A stretch of 63,959 nucleotides of DNA, counting the filler, from Folioceros fuciformis (Eukaryota): the NCBI GenBank assembly GCA_049999805.1. It is 13 parts of 13 records of this genome, joined end to end, with 100 filler letters (N's around TTAATTAATTAA, not from the genome) between each part and the next. Parts side by side here need not be neighbours in the genome. Positions count along the whole stretch, not along the records: positions 1 to 13,498 come from JBNGIO010005566.1; 12 more parts are not named here. One strand, written 5' to 3'. The position numbers and the translations under genes were made by a program. The first letter of the stretch is position 1. Every line of letters begins with the position of its first letter. This document shows positions 1-12,185 of the stretch, piece by piece. Below the pieces are notes generated by a model. The model was not told the origin of the DNA and made no database searches. It was given only the letters and a program-made list of their open reading frames with translations.

Positions 1-544
1 CACTCTTGTTCCTTGCTTGGTCAAGTGCTGTAGGCCGGCCATGTCTCATGGCGTCTGGTAAGGTTGTGGGGAGGAGATACCCAAGAAGGGAGTGTGTTCC
101 CTTCTTCCTTTTGTTTGGGGTTAGTCTAGTGACTCTTGCCGGGTAGGAGGAGTCCGTAGGGAAGTGTAGAAGGTAGTGGTGTCGTTGCTGGTTGCTGGTA
201 GTTGCTGGTGTTGGTGCTGGAGTGAGAGAGTGAGTGAAGTGTGTGAGGGAAGACGTAGATCTGAGAGGTTAGAGTCGTTGTAGTGACTAGAGTGAGTTTG
301 TGGGCACCGAGAGAGGTGCAGCTGACCGCCGGACAGCGAGGCCTGTTCTACGCCTGATCGGAGCTGGAGGGGAGCCCTCGAATCCGTCATCGAGTCGATC
401 AAGTCCGACCCTCCATCCACAGCAGCAAGGAACCCCATCGCTCCTTCGTGGGAACGAAACCTAATGTCTCAACGACAGTGGGATAAGTGTGGCCACTAAA
501 GGTGGAACCCGTCGGCAATCAGTGCCCGGGGTTTTGCCTCCACA
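1..544 (+). mobile_element. 3' part (R/U5) of a high-copy gypsy-type LTR (family X), cut by the window/contig start
   Basis: Near-identical to the reverse complement of 46493-47020 and to 33994-34141 and 63849-63959. Ends ...GCCTCCACA. Shares a U5 block with the PBS-flanked LTRs at 12537 and 15821, which gives the orientation. Confidence 0.8.
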
Positions 545-940
545 ACAGGGTCAGGGACAAACTGCGATTGAGGGTGTGCAGGAAGGTTAGGGGCTGCTTG
601 CAATTCATCAGAAAGGTAATCCACTACATCGAGGTCTAGGTCAGCATAATCCACAGAGCTCTCTTCACGGGGCATGTGTCCAAACATAGAAGGTTGAGGG
701 AGAGCTTGATGATTGCTGCTAGACTGAAGATGTGCTTGCAATATGAAGCTTTCATTGAAGCTAATACTACGTACTAAGGTCAGTTGTCTAGTGTAGGGGT
801 TATAGAGTTTGTAACCTTTTGAAGTGTCTGAGTAGCCCACGAAAATGTGTTTTGATGCACGATCGTCCATCTTTCCTCTCTTGTCAGTAGGTACGTAGGC
901 ATAAGCGGCACATCTGAAGATAGATGGCTAATGCGAGTGG
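545..940 (-). pseudogene. pol: Ty1/copia integrase C-terminal fragment
   Basis: MDDRASKHIFVGYSDTSKGYKLYNP is the copia GY/GKGY-like motif after the integrase core. Interrupted by the LTR ending at 544. Confidence 0.85.
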
Positions 941-1119
941 AACGGAAAAGTTTGGTAATCGGTTTAGGAAAGTCTAACTTGGTTTTTTTTTTAGAATAGT
1001 TCGAAGGGAGGCATGTGGAAGGTAGGTTCTTGAGCAAGTGCCCATGGTAGGTAGTGAGCGGTTGATGAAGGTTTTTATGGAGTTTTTTAGTTCTATTCTG
1101 GTAGGTTAGAATAAGAAGA

Positions 1120-1470
1120 TACCTACATAGTAGAATGTCTACCTACATACGTAGAGAGAGTACCTATGTAGGGAAAATGGAAGATACCTACGTAGCTAGG
1201 GAAGGTACTTATACGGTAGACATCCCACATACGGCAATGAGGTAGGTTGTCTACCTACGACAATGGGTGGGAATGGTAGGGGAGGGTTAGGGAACCTACC
1301 TACGAGGAGAGGTAGGGAACCTACCTACGAGGAGAGGTAGGGAACCTACCTACGAGAGAAGAGGTACGGAACCTACCTCCGACAAGAGGGGTGGGGAACC
1401 TACCTATGAAGGGAGCAACAGGGACCCTACCTACAAAGAGAACATCCTCACTCTACGTAGGGAAGGAACC
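1120..1470. repeat. Tandem array of ~25-bp units (GTAGGGAACCTACCTACGAGGAGAG)
   Basis: Near-perfect units at ~1288-1410 with degenerate flanking copies. The same unit recurs at 62640-62697. Confidence 0.85.
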
Positions 1471-2387
1471 TCAAGTTGAAGAACAAGTGGATCCCTTCCC
1501 TACCAAACCTATAGGCAGTGGTGAAGGGATATCCCGAGGGATCCACACAGAGGAAGGTATGGTGGAAGTTCGTGGATCCAACAAAAGACGAATCCCAATA
1601 ATGGAGGGGGACCTAGTAGCTCAACCTTCAGATTCTGCCTCCCTTCAGGAGCCATCCTATCCACACCTTTTTGAAAAGGGGGTCAATGAATCTTCTATGG
1701 CGGCACCGACAGTCCTAATCTTCAACGGCGCGCACTGCCCTAGCAATTATTGGTAGGACTTAGCCTCTTTGGTAGGTGTGCACAGTTAAAGTTGGTAGCG
1801 CATAGTGTGAGAGAAGGGTAGCCCACCACCTACATTTAGGAGAGGGTTCATGTGTCGATCTCTCCTATAAGGAGGGGCTTCACAAAGAAATGAACCACCA
1901 CATTCTGCACTCTTCTCATGGCGAGTTCTCATGCTCAGCAGAGCGTAGGAATCTCGTTGTTGGCTGTGTGCCATCACACCGCCTGGTTGTGGCTAGAGTT
2001 GCAGTGGTCGAAGTGCTTGGTGGAGGGCTCATATTCTTCCATGGGCACCCCTTCAAGTTGCTTCCCTTGTGAATGGTTGTTGTGCTGCTGGAGGTGTGTG
2101 GCAATACCTGTGTGACTGTTGGCTTGAGGGTAGACTCCAGGGAAAGACCCCTTGGAAGTTCTCGCTAACAAGCACAAGCACGCAACAATCAGCCCAAGGA
2201 AAAACTTGGGAGGTCGTTTTTAGATTGTAAGTGTTTCATGACAAATAGTGAACCACCTTTCGTAAGCCTGCGTGGACATCCTGACAGAAGGGGGAGTTGT
2301 GAGTACCCTTTCTGTTGCCAATCGCAAAGGTTCTTGTGATGTCTGGTTGGGAGTGTTGAACGCAGGGAGACGAACAATTGGATCGTG

Positions 2388-2890
2388 TGGAAGGTGTTGT
2401 GAGGAGACTTATGAGGAAGGGTGTTGGGTGTAGGTAGTTAGAAATCGGTAGGGAAAGGTACTAGAGCCCTTCCAAGTGAACTGAATGGTGCCTTCCTACC
2501 GACTGGATGTGTTAAAGGTATGCGTTAGGGAAGGTTGAATGTCAAAGGTGAGCGATAAACACAGCTCGAGAGAGCGGAGCAGGTTCGGAGGAAAACTTGG
2601 TCGTTGGGCGTAGGGAGAAGAGCAACTAGATTGTGGGTTGAGGAAGGTGTTGTAGGGAGCCTTGTGAGGAAAATGGTATTGAGCGTAGGGAGGTAGAAAT
2701 CGGTAGGGGAGGTACTGGGGCCCTTCCAAGTGAAGGAATGGTGTCTACCTACTGACTGGACGTAAGGAAGGTGTTGTAGAGAGCCTTGTGAGGAAAAGGT
2801 ATTGAGTGTAGGGAGGTAGAAATTGGTAGCGGGAGGTATTGGGGCCCTTCCAAGTGAAGGAATGGTGCCTACCTATTGACTGGACGTGTT
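2388..2890. repeat. Three copies of a ~120-bp unit
   Basis: GGAAGGTGTTGT...GAAATCGGTAGGG...GCCCTTCCAAGTGAA...GACTGGA at ~2388, ~2641 and ~2765. Confidence 0.75.
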
Positions 2891-3139
2891 GCAAGATTGG
2901 TAGGTACGTGATTGGGAGGGTTGACTATTGTAGGGGAACGATATACGTAGGTGACCAAGCTCAGAGATGAGCGATTCCGGAGAAGCCTCCAACGAACGTG
3001 GGATTGATGTGGCCACGATACATGTGACTGGGTGCCTGGAAGGGATACCACACCCGCTTGCCCACATTGTGTCATCGTTGAAAAGGAGTGTGGTTATATA
3101 AAGGTTTTGTTGGCAGCCTGTTATGTGCATAATTTACAA

Positions 3140-5403
3140 CAGCAACAGCTTCGGCCCAATACCCTCTAGTCAGGCATGCCAGTGAAAGTGTTGCTCTGCA
3201 TCTTTCTTCCAATGTCCTGTTATAACATTCAACAAACGAGTTTTGTGCAGGATGTTAGGGCACAGTGAGTTGGTGGACAATTCCTTTCTCCCTACAGAAG
3301 GACTGAAAATCATGGCTAAGGTCCTCATGTGCGTTATCACTGCGAAGTCTCTTTAGAACTCTACTAGTTTGTGTTTCTACCATATGCACATACTTGACGA
3401 ACTTGTCATATGTCTGGTGTTTCCCATGCAGGAAACATAATGTGCAGTAGTGGCTCCATTCATCCAGAAAGGTGAGAAAATAGGTAGCACCTCCAAAGAG
3501 GTGCTACCTGTTTTCTCACCTTTCTACAGATTAGCTTAGGCTAATCTAAACTAATGGTACTTAACTAGACACTAATATTAGACTAAACACATTAGTCTAA
3601 GCACATTGGGCTTTAATAACCCTAGCATGGGTCCAAAAAGATTTGAATGTACAATTTCGAGCAAACCAACTACCTTGGCGGGCTTAGGATCATTGTAAGG
3701 TTTCTGAGCTATCTTTCCAACTTGACATTGACAGTTCTCACAAAAAATGTTGTTAGAAACTTTAAAAATTAGGGCATCCTTGTAAAGTTCTGGCTTACCA
3801 ACCATCTGTCGGATGTAGATCATGCTGGGGTGACAAAGACGACAGTGCCACAGCAAGGTTTTGTCAACTTCTAGACGTGCATCAGTGACATAGCTGCAAG
3901 CTGCAGAGGGGAGAATCTCAAAACGATACAAGTCATTGAAAACTACTCCTGATGGTAACAATTGAGAATTGTCATTGCTTGGGGAGACATTGCACCCTGT
4001 AGGAGTGAACAACACTTGCAAGTTGTGGTAAGAAATAAGCTTGCGTATTGACAACAAGTTCTTTGTCATGTTGGGTACATGGAGCATATTCTGCAGTTTG
4101 ATTTGTTGGCCACCTTGCAGGCATAATTGGACCTCACCGATACCCGAAATGGCCAGACCATTGTCATCCCCAAGTAGCACAAATTGACTTGTTAAGATGG
4201 CAGTGTAAGTGGAGAATTTCTCTCTCAATTGGCAGATATGGTTAGTTGGTCCAAAGTCGAGAAACCACATGTTACTGTCTACTTGTGTAAGCGACAGACA
4301 TATTGCCAATATTGTTGGTTTTCCTACTAATGTGCTGCTATTTTGACCACGAGTGATCAGGTGGGATTCACCACCGGGTGGAGCTTCACGTCTGGGTTCC
4401 GCAACATGTTTCTTTCTGCACTCATTTTCATAGTGTCTAGGTATGCGACACCAATGATATGTACCTTTATTCTTCCGCTGATTTGAAGGGAAAGAAGGAG
4501 CCACATATGACCTCCTAGGTTGAGAGGATCCTCTGCAAATTCCACGGCCACGTCCACGACCTCTAAAGGTAAACAGAACTTGCTGATGTTGGTGTGGCTG
4601 TTGGCTGCGTCCAATACCAGCTCTGCTTAATTCCTCTTCAAGCAATGATCCAACTATCTCTGAGAATGTCACAATAGGGGCATAACCTGCTGCTGCCGAT
4701 TTGTTTGCTAAGCGTATAACTGAATTTTGAGAGCTGATAAAACCTCTATAGCTAGGGGGCAGGGAAGTCATTAGAACTACAGCTGCCTCTACTTCTGTTA
4801 AATTATGTCCACATGAGGACAATTTTGCTCGCAAGGTACGAAATTTATGAACATGATCCTCAACACTATCTGTATCTTTCATGCGAAGTGCATATAGCAA
4901 TCTGGTTGCATTTACTAATGATGTTGAATCCTTGGCAGCAAACATGTCTGTGAAAACTTGCCAAACTACTGTAGATGTGATTTGCCCCTATGTATGCTAG
5001 ATCATATTTTTATCTCGTACTGAGAGGAGAATGCTCCGTGCACGCTTGTCCTTTCTCTGCCAAGCTGCAATAGTTTCAGGGGCTGATCCTGCTACAGGAC
5101 ACTGAGTTTGTCCATTAACAATATCCATAAGTTCGTGTTCCTCGAACACAGCAATCATTCGCATTTCCCAGGTAGCATAATCGGTTCCATTGTACCGATC
5201 TTTGTCTTTTATGTCGACTTTGGTGGTGTGAATCTCATATTGGAACAGGTGTGGTACCACCACTTCGACCTAAACCACTTCCACCTCCACTAGTTCCTCC
5301 TCCACCGCCACTTCCTAACATATTGACAGGTGGTGTTGGAAATGGCAGGTGAAATTTAGGTTGGCGATGAAGAGCAAGTTTATGAGGAGGGGACCACATA
5401 CAT
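3140..5403 (-). pseudogene. gag-pol: Ty1/copia element A: gag - zinc knuckle - protease - integrase N-part (degenerate)
   Basis: DKDRYNGTDYATWEMRM (gag N-term), SLPPSYRGF, CRIPRHYENEC knuckle, WFLDFGPTNH protease, LWHCRLCH...CENC, GGATYFLTFLD and integrase core remnants. Contains in-frame stops. Confidence 0.9.
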
Positions 5404-5473
5404 GGTAAAAATTCTTACTACTGACCCTAATGTGTGACCATCTAATTATTACGGACTAATTGTGTGTGGTGTC

Positions 5474-6063
5474 TTAAGAGGTAGAAGGAGGGGTTTGGTC
5501 TTCCTCATCAAACATACGAGAAATTGAAAACAGCATGTGATCCAAAGGCTGAGGAATTATCATGCAACCATAAGGTGAATATGAGGATGAGAGATCATGC
5601 AACTTTTGTAGACAAAGTTGGGCTGTAGCAAAGTTATGAGACATTTGTGTGACTTTCTTTATTAAGATGCCAATTTTTTTGTGCAAAGAGATGAGTTCTT
5701 TCTTGTGATTAGATCTTTCTAGACGTGCATTGTCTTGCAGATTGTTGAGTCGAAGTCTAAGAGACTTGATGTTTGATGTGCAGGATTTGTGTGTAGGATC
5801 TGTATGCTGGAATGAGGGTGAAAAATTACAGTAATGTGTTGGGCGCATTGGGATAGTATGTTGTTGTTGACAGCAGGTATACTGACCACAACTGGTTTCA
5901 AGAGAGAATGGAGAACAGCGTTGCTAAAATCTGCTGTAATCTCTCCAGTAAGACATTTTGCAAGCAAGTCACTTGCGCATTCTCTCAAAACGCTCCCATT
6001 GGCTATATGCCTTCCAGAATTGCTTGCGGGCTCTAGTGTAGGCTTGTTTCTTGTTTGAACCAA
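5474..6063 (-). pseudogene. Extra ORF upstream of copia A gag (frameshifted pair 5719-6063 / 5474-5848), coiled-coil C-half
   Basis: Same strand as gag and directly 5' of it. Begins (L/M)VQTRNK. Heptad-like IKSLRLRLNNLQDNARLERSNHKKELISLHKKIGIL. Confidence 0.5.
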
Positions 6064-6089
6064 AAAGTATTATCCAATAGTGGACTAGG

Positions 6090-6652
6090 TCTGCGGCCGA
6101 AACACCTCCCTCTGAGGCTGGCTGGACTGGCTACAAAAAGTTAACAGTCCGTGCCAGGACGATGCCGTAAGTCTCAGGGTCAAAGAGTTTGTAGGCTTTG
6201 GTGATCTCACTATATCCCACAAAAATCAACTTCTTGGCTCTGTCTTCCAACTTGCGCCGCTTTTGCTCAAGGATATGGGCAAAAGTAGCAGATCCAAATA
6301 CTCGCAGGTGAAGAACACTTGGCTTCCGCTGCCAACGGACCTCGTATGGGGCACGCCCAGACAGTGAACTTGTGATAACCTAATTTAAAATATAAGTGGC
6401 GGCCACAATAGCCTCTACTCAGAAGCCTTGCTGGAGGCTAGACCACAATAGCACATATAGGTCTGAGTTGGAAGGCTGGTAGAAGCAACAAGAGTCACGA
6501 GAGAATAGCACTTCCAGGGAACCGTATCTCATAAGGTGACTTAGGGAGATAAGATTCTTTGTCATCTTCGGCACATAGAGCATAGGCTCTAAAGTAAGTG
6601 TTGATCCATCAGATAAGGGGAACTTGCAAATCCCTTGCCCAAGTATTGGCAA
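6090..6652 (-). pseudogene. pol: Ty1/copia protease fragment fused by deletion to the integrase C-terminus
   Basis: LYVPKMTKNLISLSHL (protease), followed by AIVAATYILN and HLRVFGS...KLEDRAKKLIFVGYSEITKAYKL read from the minus strand. Confidence 0.8.
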
Positions 6653-7969
6653 GCTTGATTTGTTCTGCTCATTGTAAATGATAAAATGTTTAGGAACTCC
6701 TTGCTAAGGCATGCAACGGAGAGTATTTTTGGTTTTTTGCTAAGTTTGGTGTGAAATCGGATTAGGTTGGGAGTAGGCCGAGGTATTTATGCTCAAGAGC
6801 TCTTTGGCCCATGAAGTTTTTAGTTTTGAGTTAGTTTGACCAATAACTAGTTTGATAACTAGGGAGAGGGGGGTGCTAATTGTTCCTTGACCTTCGCCCT
6901 TTGAACAATTTACAAACACCTATATATATAAGGAGGGTCCCCATGGTTATAGAGGCGGGTTGTGATTAGGGTCAACTCGGGTGTAGGACATCACTAAATG
7001 TGGACTTAGGCCGAGAAGGGAGGTAGCCGAAGCTTGGCGATGGTTGCGGAAGGTGGATGGTGGTCGTGGAAGGGGCAACCAGCAGCGGAAGCCGGGGGAG
7101 GAAGTGGAAACAAGAATGACCGCTAACGAATGGAAACCCTAAGAGAGGACCCAAGTGACCAGGAGTACTTTCAAAGTGGAGCGCAACCACAACTAAAGCG
7201 GCGTCGGGCAGCGGACTTGACAGACAAGGAGCGGGCATATGGCGGAGCACAAGGAATAGAGAGAAAGTAGCAAACGCGAGCTGTAGCGATCCCCTGACAG
7301 GCTCGAGGAAGTGTGAGGCTATGAGGCGTAGAATAGTAGGTAGTGGCGGTGCGCAGGCTAACCTTGGAGCAGCGACAAATGGAGGAAACAACCGCTGAGC
7401 TAATGCCTGTAGAGCTGTGCAGGAACGCCGCACCTGGACCCATGGCACAAGTCGAGGTTGCGCTTTGGCCCAACATGGACCACTGGAAGGCCCGGTTAGG
7501 TGGGCCCGGGTAGGTGGGCCCGGGAAGCGTTGGGACTTGGGTTCATGACGAAACGATAGAATTACGTGAACCCAAGCCTAGTACAGGAGTGTGCACAGCA
7601 GCTGCGAGGTAGGACGTTGGTGGAAGGTATCAAAGGTAGACCATAGGATTGGGATTTGGGGTTGGTGAGAGCGGTATATGGGCACAGCCAAGAGGAGGCT
7701 GACGAACTCGTAATCCAGTCTTTGCAGAAGCGTAGCACGGTGGCAGCGGCAACAACCCTGTTCAAGTTAGAAATAGGAAGGGAGGCCAACGGCTGGCTGG
7801 CACAAGAGATGGCGTCCGCTCAACTCATGGGCCTCGCCAAATGGCTCTTATGCTTCTTGCATCATAAGAAGCAAGACTACCTATCGGATCACATGCTGTT
7901 GTTTCTGCACAAGGTCGTCAAGGGGAGTGTGAACGAAAAAACTTTCGGAATCCCCATTTTGAGCGACGG

Positions 7970-9631
7970 AATGAACAAGTACACCACAACTGAGAGGGAG
8001 GCACTCGGCATGGTTTACTCCTGTCGTAAATTCCGCCACTACCTTCTCGCCTATGAGTTTGTCTTCCATGTTGATCATTTTGCTCTCAAGCACCTAGTCA
8101 ACAAGGCAGACTTATCGGGCCGCATAGCCCACTGGATCTTGCTCTTGCAGGAGTTCACATTCACCGTGGAAACAAGGGAAGGGCGCAGGCATGTGAATGT
8201 TGATTTTCTGTCCAGGCTGAAAATGGAGAAGGTGGTTCAAGACCAAGAAGATGATTTTCCGGATGAGGCATTTTCAGCAGACCTAGTGGAGAAGGATGTG
8301 GCCAAACCAAATACTAGGCCATCAAGAGGTGAAGATGCAACACCAAATGAGAAGGGGAGAAGGGGGTTTCGTAAGCCTTCCTACCAAGAGGTGTCCGATT
8401 TTTAGACACGGGGGAATTTCCAGTTGATCTTTCACGGCAGCAGCAGCGGCTGTTCTTGTACTTCACAAGGCTGGTGGTTAAGTACAAGGGCAGGCTGTAT
8501 CTCTTAGGGGCTGATGGCGTGGAGAGGTTGTGGGTCAAACCTGGCCAAGTGGAGCAAGTTATCAGCTCCTTACATGAGGGAGAGGCTGGGGGTCATTATG
8601 CAGCCCATGTGACCTGCAAGAAAATTCTGGCAGCAAGGTATTGGTGGCCGGCAATGTATGCTGAGGCTGGAGAATTCATCAAGAGGTGTGATGCGTGCCA
8701 AAGGGTGGGGAAGCCTACCAGGACCACACAATGGCCATTGGTCCCCATCCTAGCCCTAGTACCATTTGAGAAGTGGGGGATTGATTTTGTAGGACCAATT
8801 CAGCCCAAGTCCAAGGGAAGGCAGAACCAATACATCCTGGTGGCAACCGACTACTGCACACACATGGTGGAGGCTCAAGCTTTGCCCGTGGACACAACAA
8901 ATGTGGTGACCAGATTTTTGTTTGAGCAGATCATCACAAGGTATGGGTGCCCGTTGGAGCTGGTGAGTGACAGGGGGACTCACTTCATCAATGAAGTAGT
9001 CAAGCACATGACTGAATATTTCAATATCAGTCATAGGAAGACCACTCCCTACAACCCTAAGGCCAATGGGCTCACGAAGAAGGCTAACGGGCTGTTGTGC
9101 AAGATCCTCAGTAAACTCACCGTCACCTATGCTCATGACTGGGATAGGAAACTCCACTCAGCCTTGTGGGCATACAGGGCTGCTGAGAAGGTTACTACCC
9201 AGCAGACCCCTTATTACCTCACTTATGGACACTCACCGGTCATGCCCATCGAATTTGAGGTACCTACCTTGAGGATGCAGGAGAGCAATCGATTGACCGT
9301 GGAGGAGAGCCAATTGGAGAGGCTAACCAGTTTTGTGCAGCATGATGAGGATAGGGAACGGGCCTTGGCTGTTTTCCTTGATGTTCAGGAGAGGAGGAAG
9401 AAGTGGCACGACCATAAGTTGCGTAAACAAGAGTATGTTGTGCCTAGAGATTTAGCCTTGTTATATGACAATAGGTACATGCACTTTCCAGGTAAGCTGC
9501 ACTTGAGATGGATGGGACCCTACAGGGTGCTGGAGGTGTATGAGAATGGGTCCATTCAATTGCAGCACCTCAACGGCCCCAACTTGCCAACTAGGGTTAA
9601 TGGCTGGCGTGTGAAGAAGTATTATCAGTAG
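7970..9631 (+). pseudogene. pol: Athila-like Ty3/gypsy RNase H and integrase (frameshifted, no chromodomain)
   Basis: YTTTEREALGMVYSCRKFRHYL...DH...RIAHWILLLQEF (RNase H). HEGEAGGHY...CDACQR, WGIDFVGP, SDRGTHF and GPY motifs. Ends VNGWRVKKYYQ*. Confidence 0.92.
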
Positions 9632-9652
9632 TTGGCAAGGACGCTAACAAAT

Positions 9653-9663
9653 GAGAAGGGGAG
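9653..9663 (+). promoter_or_regulatory. Polypurine tract (PPT)
   Basis: GAGAAGGGGAG between the integrase stop (9631) and the LTR start TG at 9666. Confidence 0.75.
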
Positions 9664-9665
9664 TA

Positions 9666-12185
9666 TGTGGACTCCACATGCTGAACAGACCCCTGGGAAA
9701 TGATATGTTTTCTTTTTTTTTTGGGATTTGTGAGTGAGTGTTGTAGAGGAAAGGTTGGAAGGTTAGGTTAGAATAGTAGCTAGAGTGATGGTGAGTCGAT
9801 AGGGTAGGTAGGTTGTGTGGTAGATAGGACGTGGGCTCTAGTTCCTGGGCCAAGGGTAAGAAGGCTAGAGGGTAGCCAGATGAGGAATGGGCCGGCTGTT
9901 CGGCTAGCCACACTGGTCGGCTGACTTGACCTGGGCGAGACCGGGAAGTGGCGGCCGAGGCAGATGGTATAGGAGACCGACTGGTTGATCTGGCCAGGCT
10001 AGTTGGTAGATCAAGTTGGGCGGCCAGGCAGCCGGCTGGCCGAGGGAGGAGTAGCCAGCGGCCATGTAGGCGACCTGGCTGCTGGCAGGCCGCATGGCCA
10101 AACCCAGGCCGGGGTCCGGGACGGAGCTGTGAGGCAATCAGCCGAGTAGGCCGCTGGAGCACTGGAGGGGGCAAGGTAGGCAGCTAGGCGGGGTTGCTGG
10201 AACCCAACCAGCAGTCCAACCCGGGCTGATGGGAGGCAATCCTGCAGGTCCAGGCTTTAGGCCAGTTGGTGGATCCAGCCAGGCTGGACAATAGACCAGG
10301 CTAGAGCTCAGAACAGGTCAGGGAGGCTGGGGGCCTGGTTGGCTGGCCGGGTTTGGACCAGCAGCCCGACGACAAGGAGCGGCCGGGCTGGCCAAAGCTG
10401 GATGACTTGGGAGTCCACAGAGGCAGAACAGCCAAGCTAAGTCCAGGCAAAAGGTAGAAGAAATGTGACGGGCCGCTGAGGAGTCTCGACAACCGTGAGC
10501 CTGGGACGGATGCATGCGGGCTGGGTAGAATCTAGGCAACGGCCGCCTGGCTGTCATAACCAGGTAGTCACTGGCCTGCTGGTGGCGTGGTAGGATCCAG
10601 AAGTTGGGTAGTGAGGTGCCTTGCTGGATCGAGAGGTTAGGGCCTTGGGCCTGTCGATCGGGCAGGGCTTGGTGACTAAGGATGTCCTGGCAGGTATGAC
10701 CACAAGTGGAGGGCTAGCAGACTGGGCCGCCAACAGCTAGGCACCCTGGAGGTGGGTCGGCTGGTCGATCTGGAAGGCTGGCTGGTTGGCTGGCCGGGTT
10801 GGCTGGCGGGCCAGGTGACAAACGGATGTGGCCGCCAACGCCAAGCTAGGACGGGCTGATCGGCCGGCTTGGCTGGTCACAGTTGGGACCAGAGCAGCGA
10901 GGTCGGAGCCAGAAGCAGGCCAGGCTAGAGGCAGCACCGAGATGTGGCCGGCGTGGATGAGGTTGGTTGCAGGACCGGTTCATTAGGATTAGCTCCGGGG
11001 CTGTGGCAGTCCAGAATCAGGATGCAAGGCAAGCCGGCTTGCAGGCACCTAGACTGATCAGCAGCAGGTCGGCGGGGCCAGCAAGCTGGCTGGGGTCTGG
11101 GCAGGTAACCCGACACCAGATCAGGCGAGCCACGGGGGTCTAGCAGTTTGGTTGGCTGGCTGGGCTATGGCTAGCTAGCGGCCTGGCTGTCCCATGATCT
11201 AAGTGACACAGGGGGTCGACCGGGCTATAGGAAGGCATCAAGCAACCAGCATGCCGGCTGATGATAGGTGACCCTGCAGGTAGACAGCCGGCAGTGGTTG
11301 GCGGGGTTGGTGGCTGGAGGATTCAATGGGCTAGTGGGCCGGAACCGAAGGCCAGTAGTGGTCCAGCTGCTTGTGTCTGGTCGGGGTAGAATCGGGCAGC
11401 CAGGCCGACTAGCTGGACCCTGGCTTGTTGACAACTTGGCTGAAGCGGGGCAAGCTGGCCAATGCTTCAGGCTGGGCTGATCGTGACCGGAGGAAGTCGA
11501 ATGGCGGTGAGGCAGGGTTCAGGCGGGGTGGCAAAATGACGAAGTTAGATTCGGGCTGGTTTGACGGGATGGCAGGCAGCTGAAGTCAGGCGATCTAGGT
11601 CTACCAGCAGCTGGACCGATCAGCAAAGGTAGATCTGAGCTAGGCGGTGGGGCTGGCTAGCTGGCCGATTCTGGAGCTAGGTAGGTGAACCAGCAAGCTG
11701 GGTGCCTGGACGAGACAGGCATGGCAGGTGGCCGAGCCGGTAGCGGCCAACTACTGAGGAGCAGCCAAGCCTTGCAGGCGGCCTGGCAGGTGGCTGGCTG
11801 GCCGGGGGGAAGTTGGTTAGGCGGGAAATCCAGGCCAGGTAGGCCTTGGCATGATCCAGGCCGTAGGTAGGCGCTGCCAGCAGCTAGTTGTGGATGGTGC
11901 TAGAGTGGACTAGGCAGGCTGGAGGCGGGCCGGGCCTAAGCTGGCAGTGGGAGGTGGATCCAGTGGTTGGCTAAGGCGGGTGCTGGTCAGAGGCAGGCCA
12001 ACTTGCTGGAATCATGCAAGGAGTCAAGCATGCAGGCAAGCAGACAACTAGACAGGCTGCTGGAGCATTGGCTGGAGCATGGCCAGGCAACCAGGTGAGG
12101 CTGCCAGAAATCCAGGCCGCAGGTGTACCGAATCCAGGGAGGCGACGATGGATAGACGGCTAGATCGGGGGTCTGGTGGATCAGG
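9666..12185 (+). mobile_element. 3' LTR (U3) of the gypsy element, with a multi-kb GC-rich degenerate repeat; truncated
   Basis: Starts TGTGGACTCCACA after the PPT. The first ~200 bp are homologous to 21500-21670, and 11280-11420 is homologous to 23165-23305. Confidence 0.7.

Noticed and set aside
397-500. Hammerhead ribozyme (retrozyme) in the LTR, suggested by CGAAAC
   Set aside because: No CTGANGA core at a suitable distance on the same strand.
1288-1440. CRISPR-like array
   Set aside because: No unique 25-45-nt spacers, no cas genes, and a eukaryotic TE context.
6660-7550. Possible gypsy LTR with a TATA box at ~6921
   Set aside because: No recognisable termini, PBS or second copy in the window.
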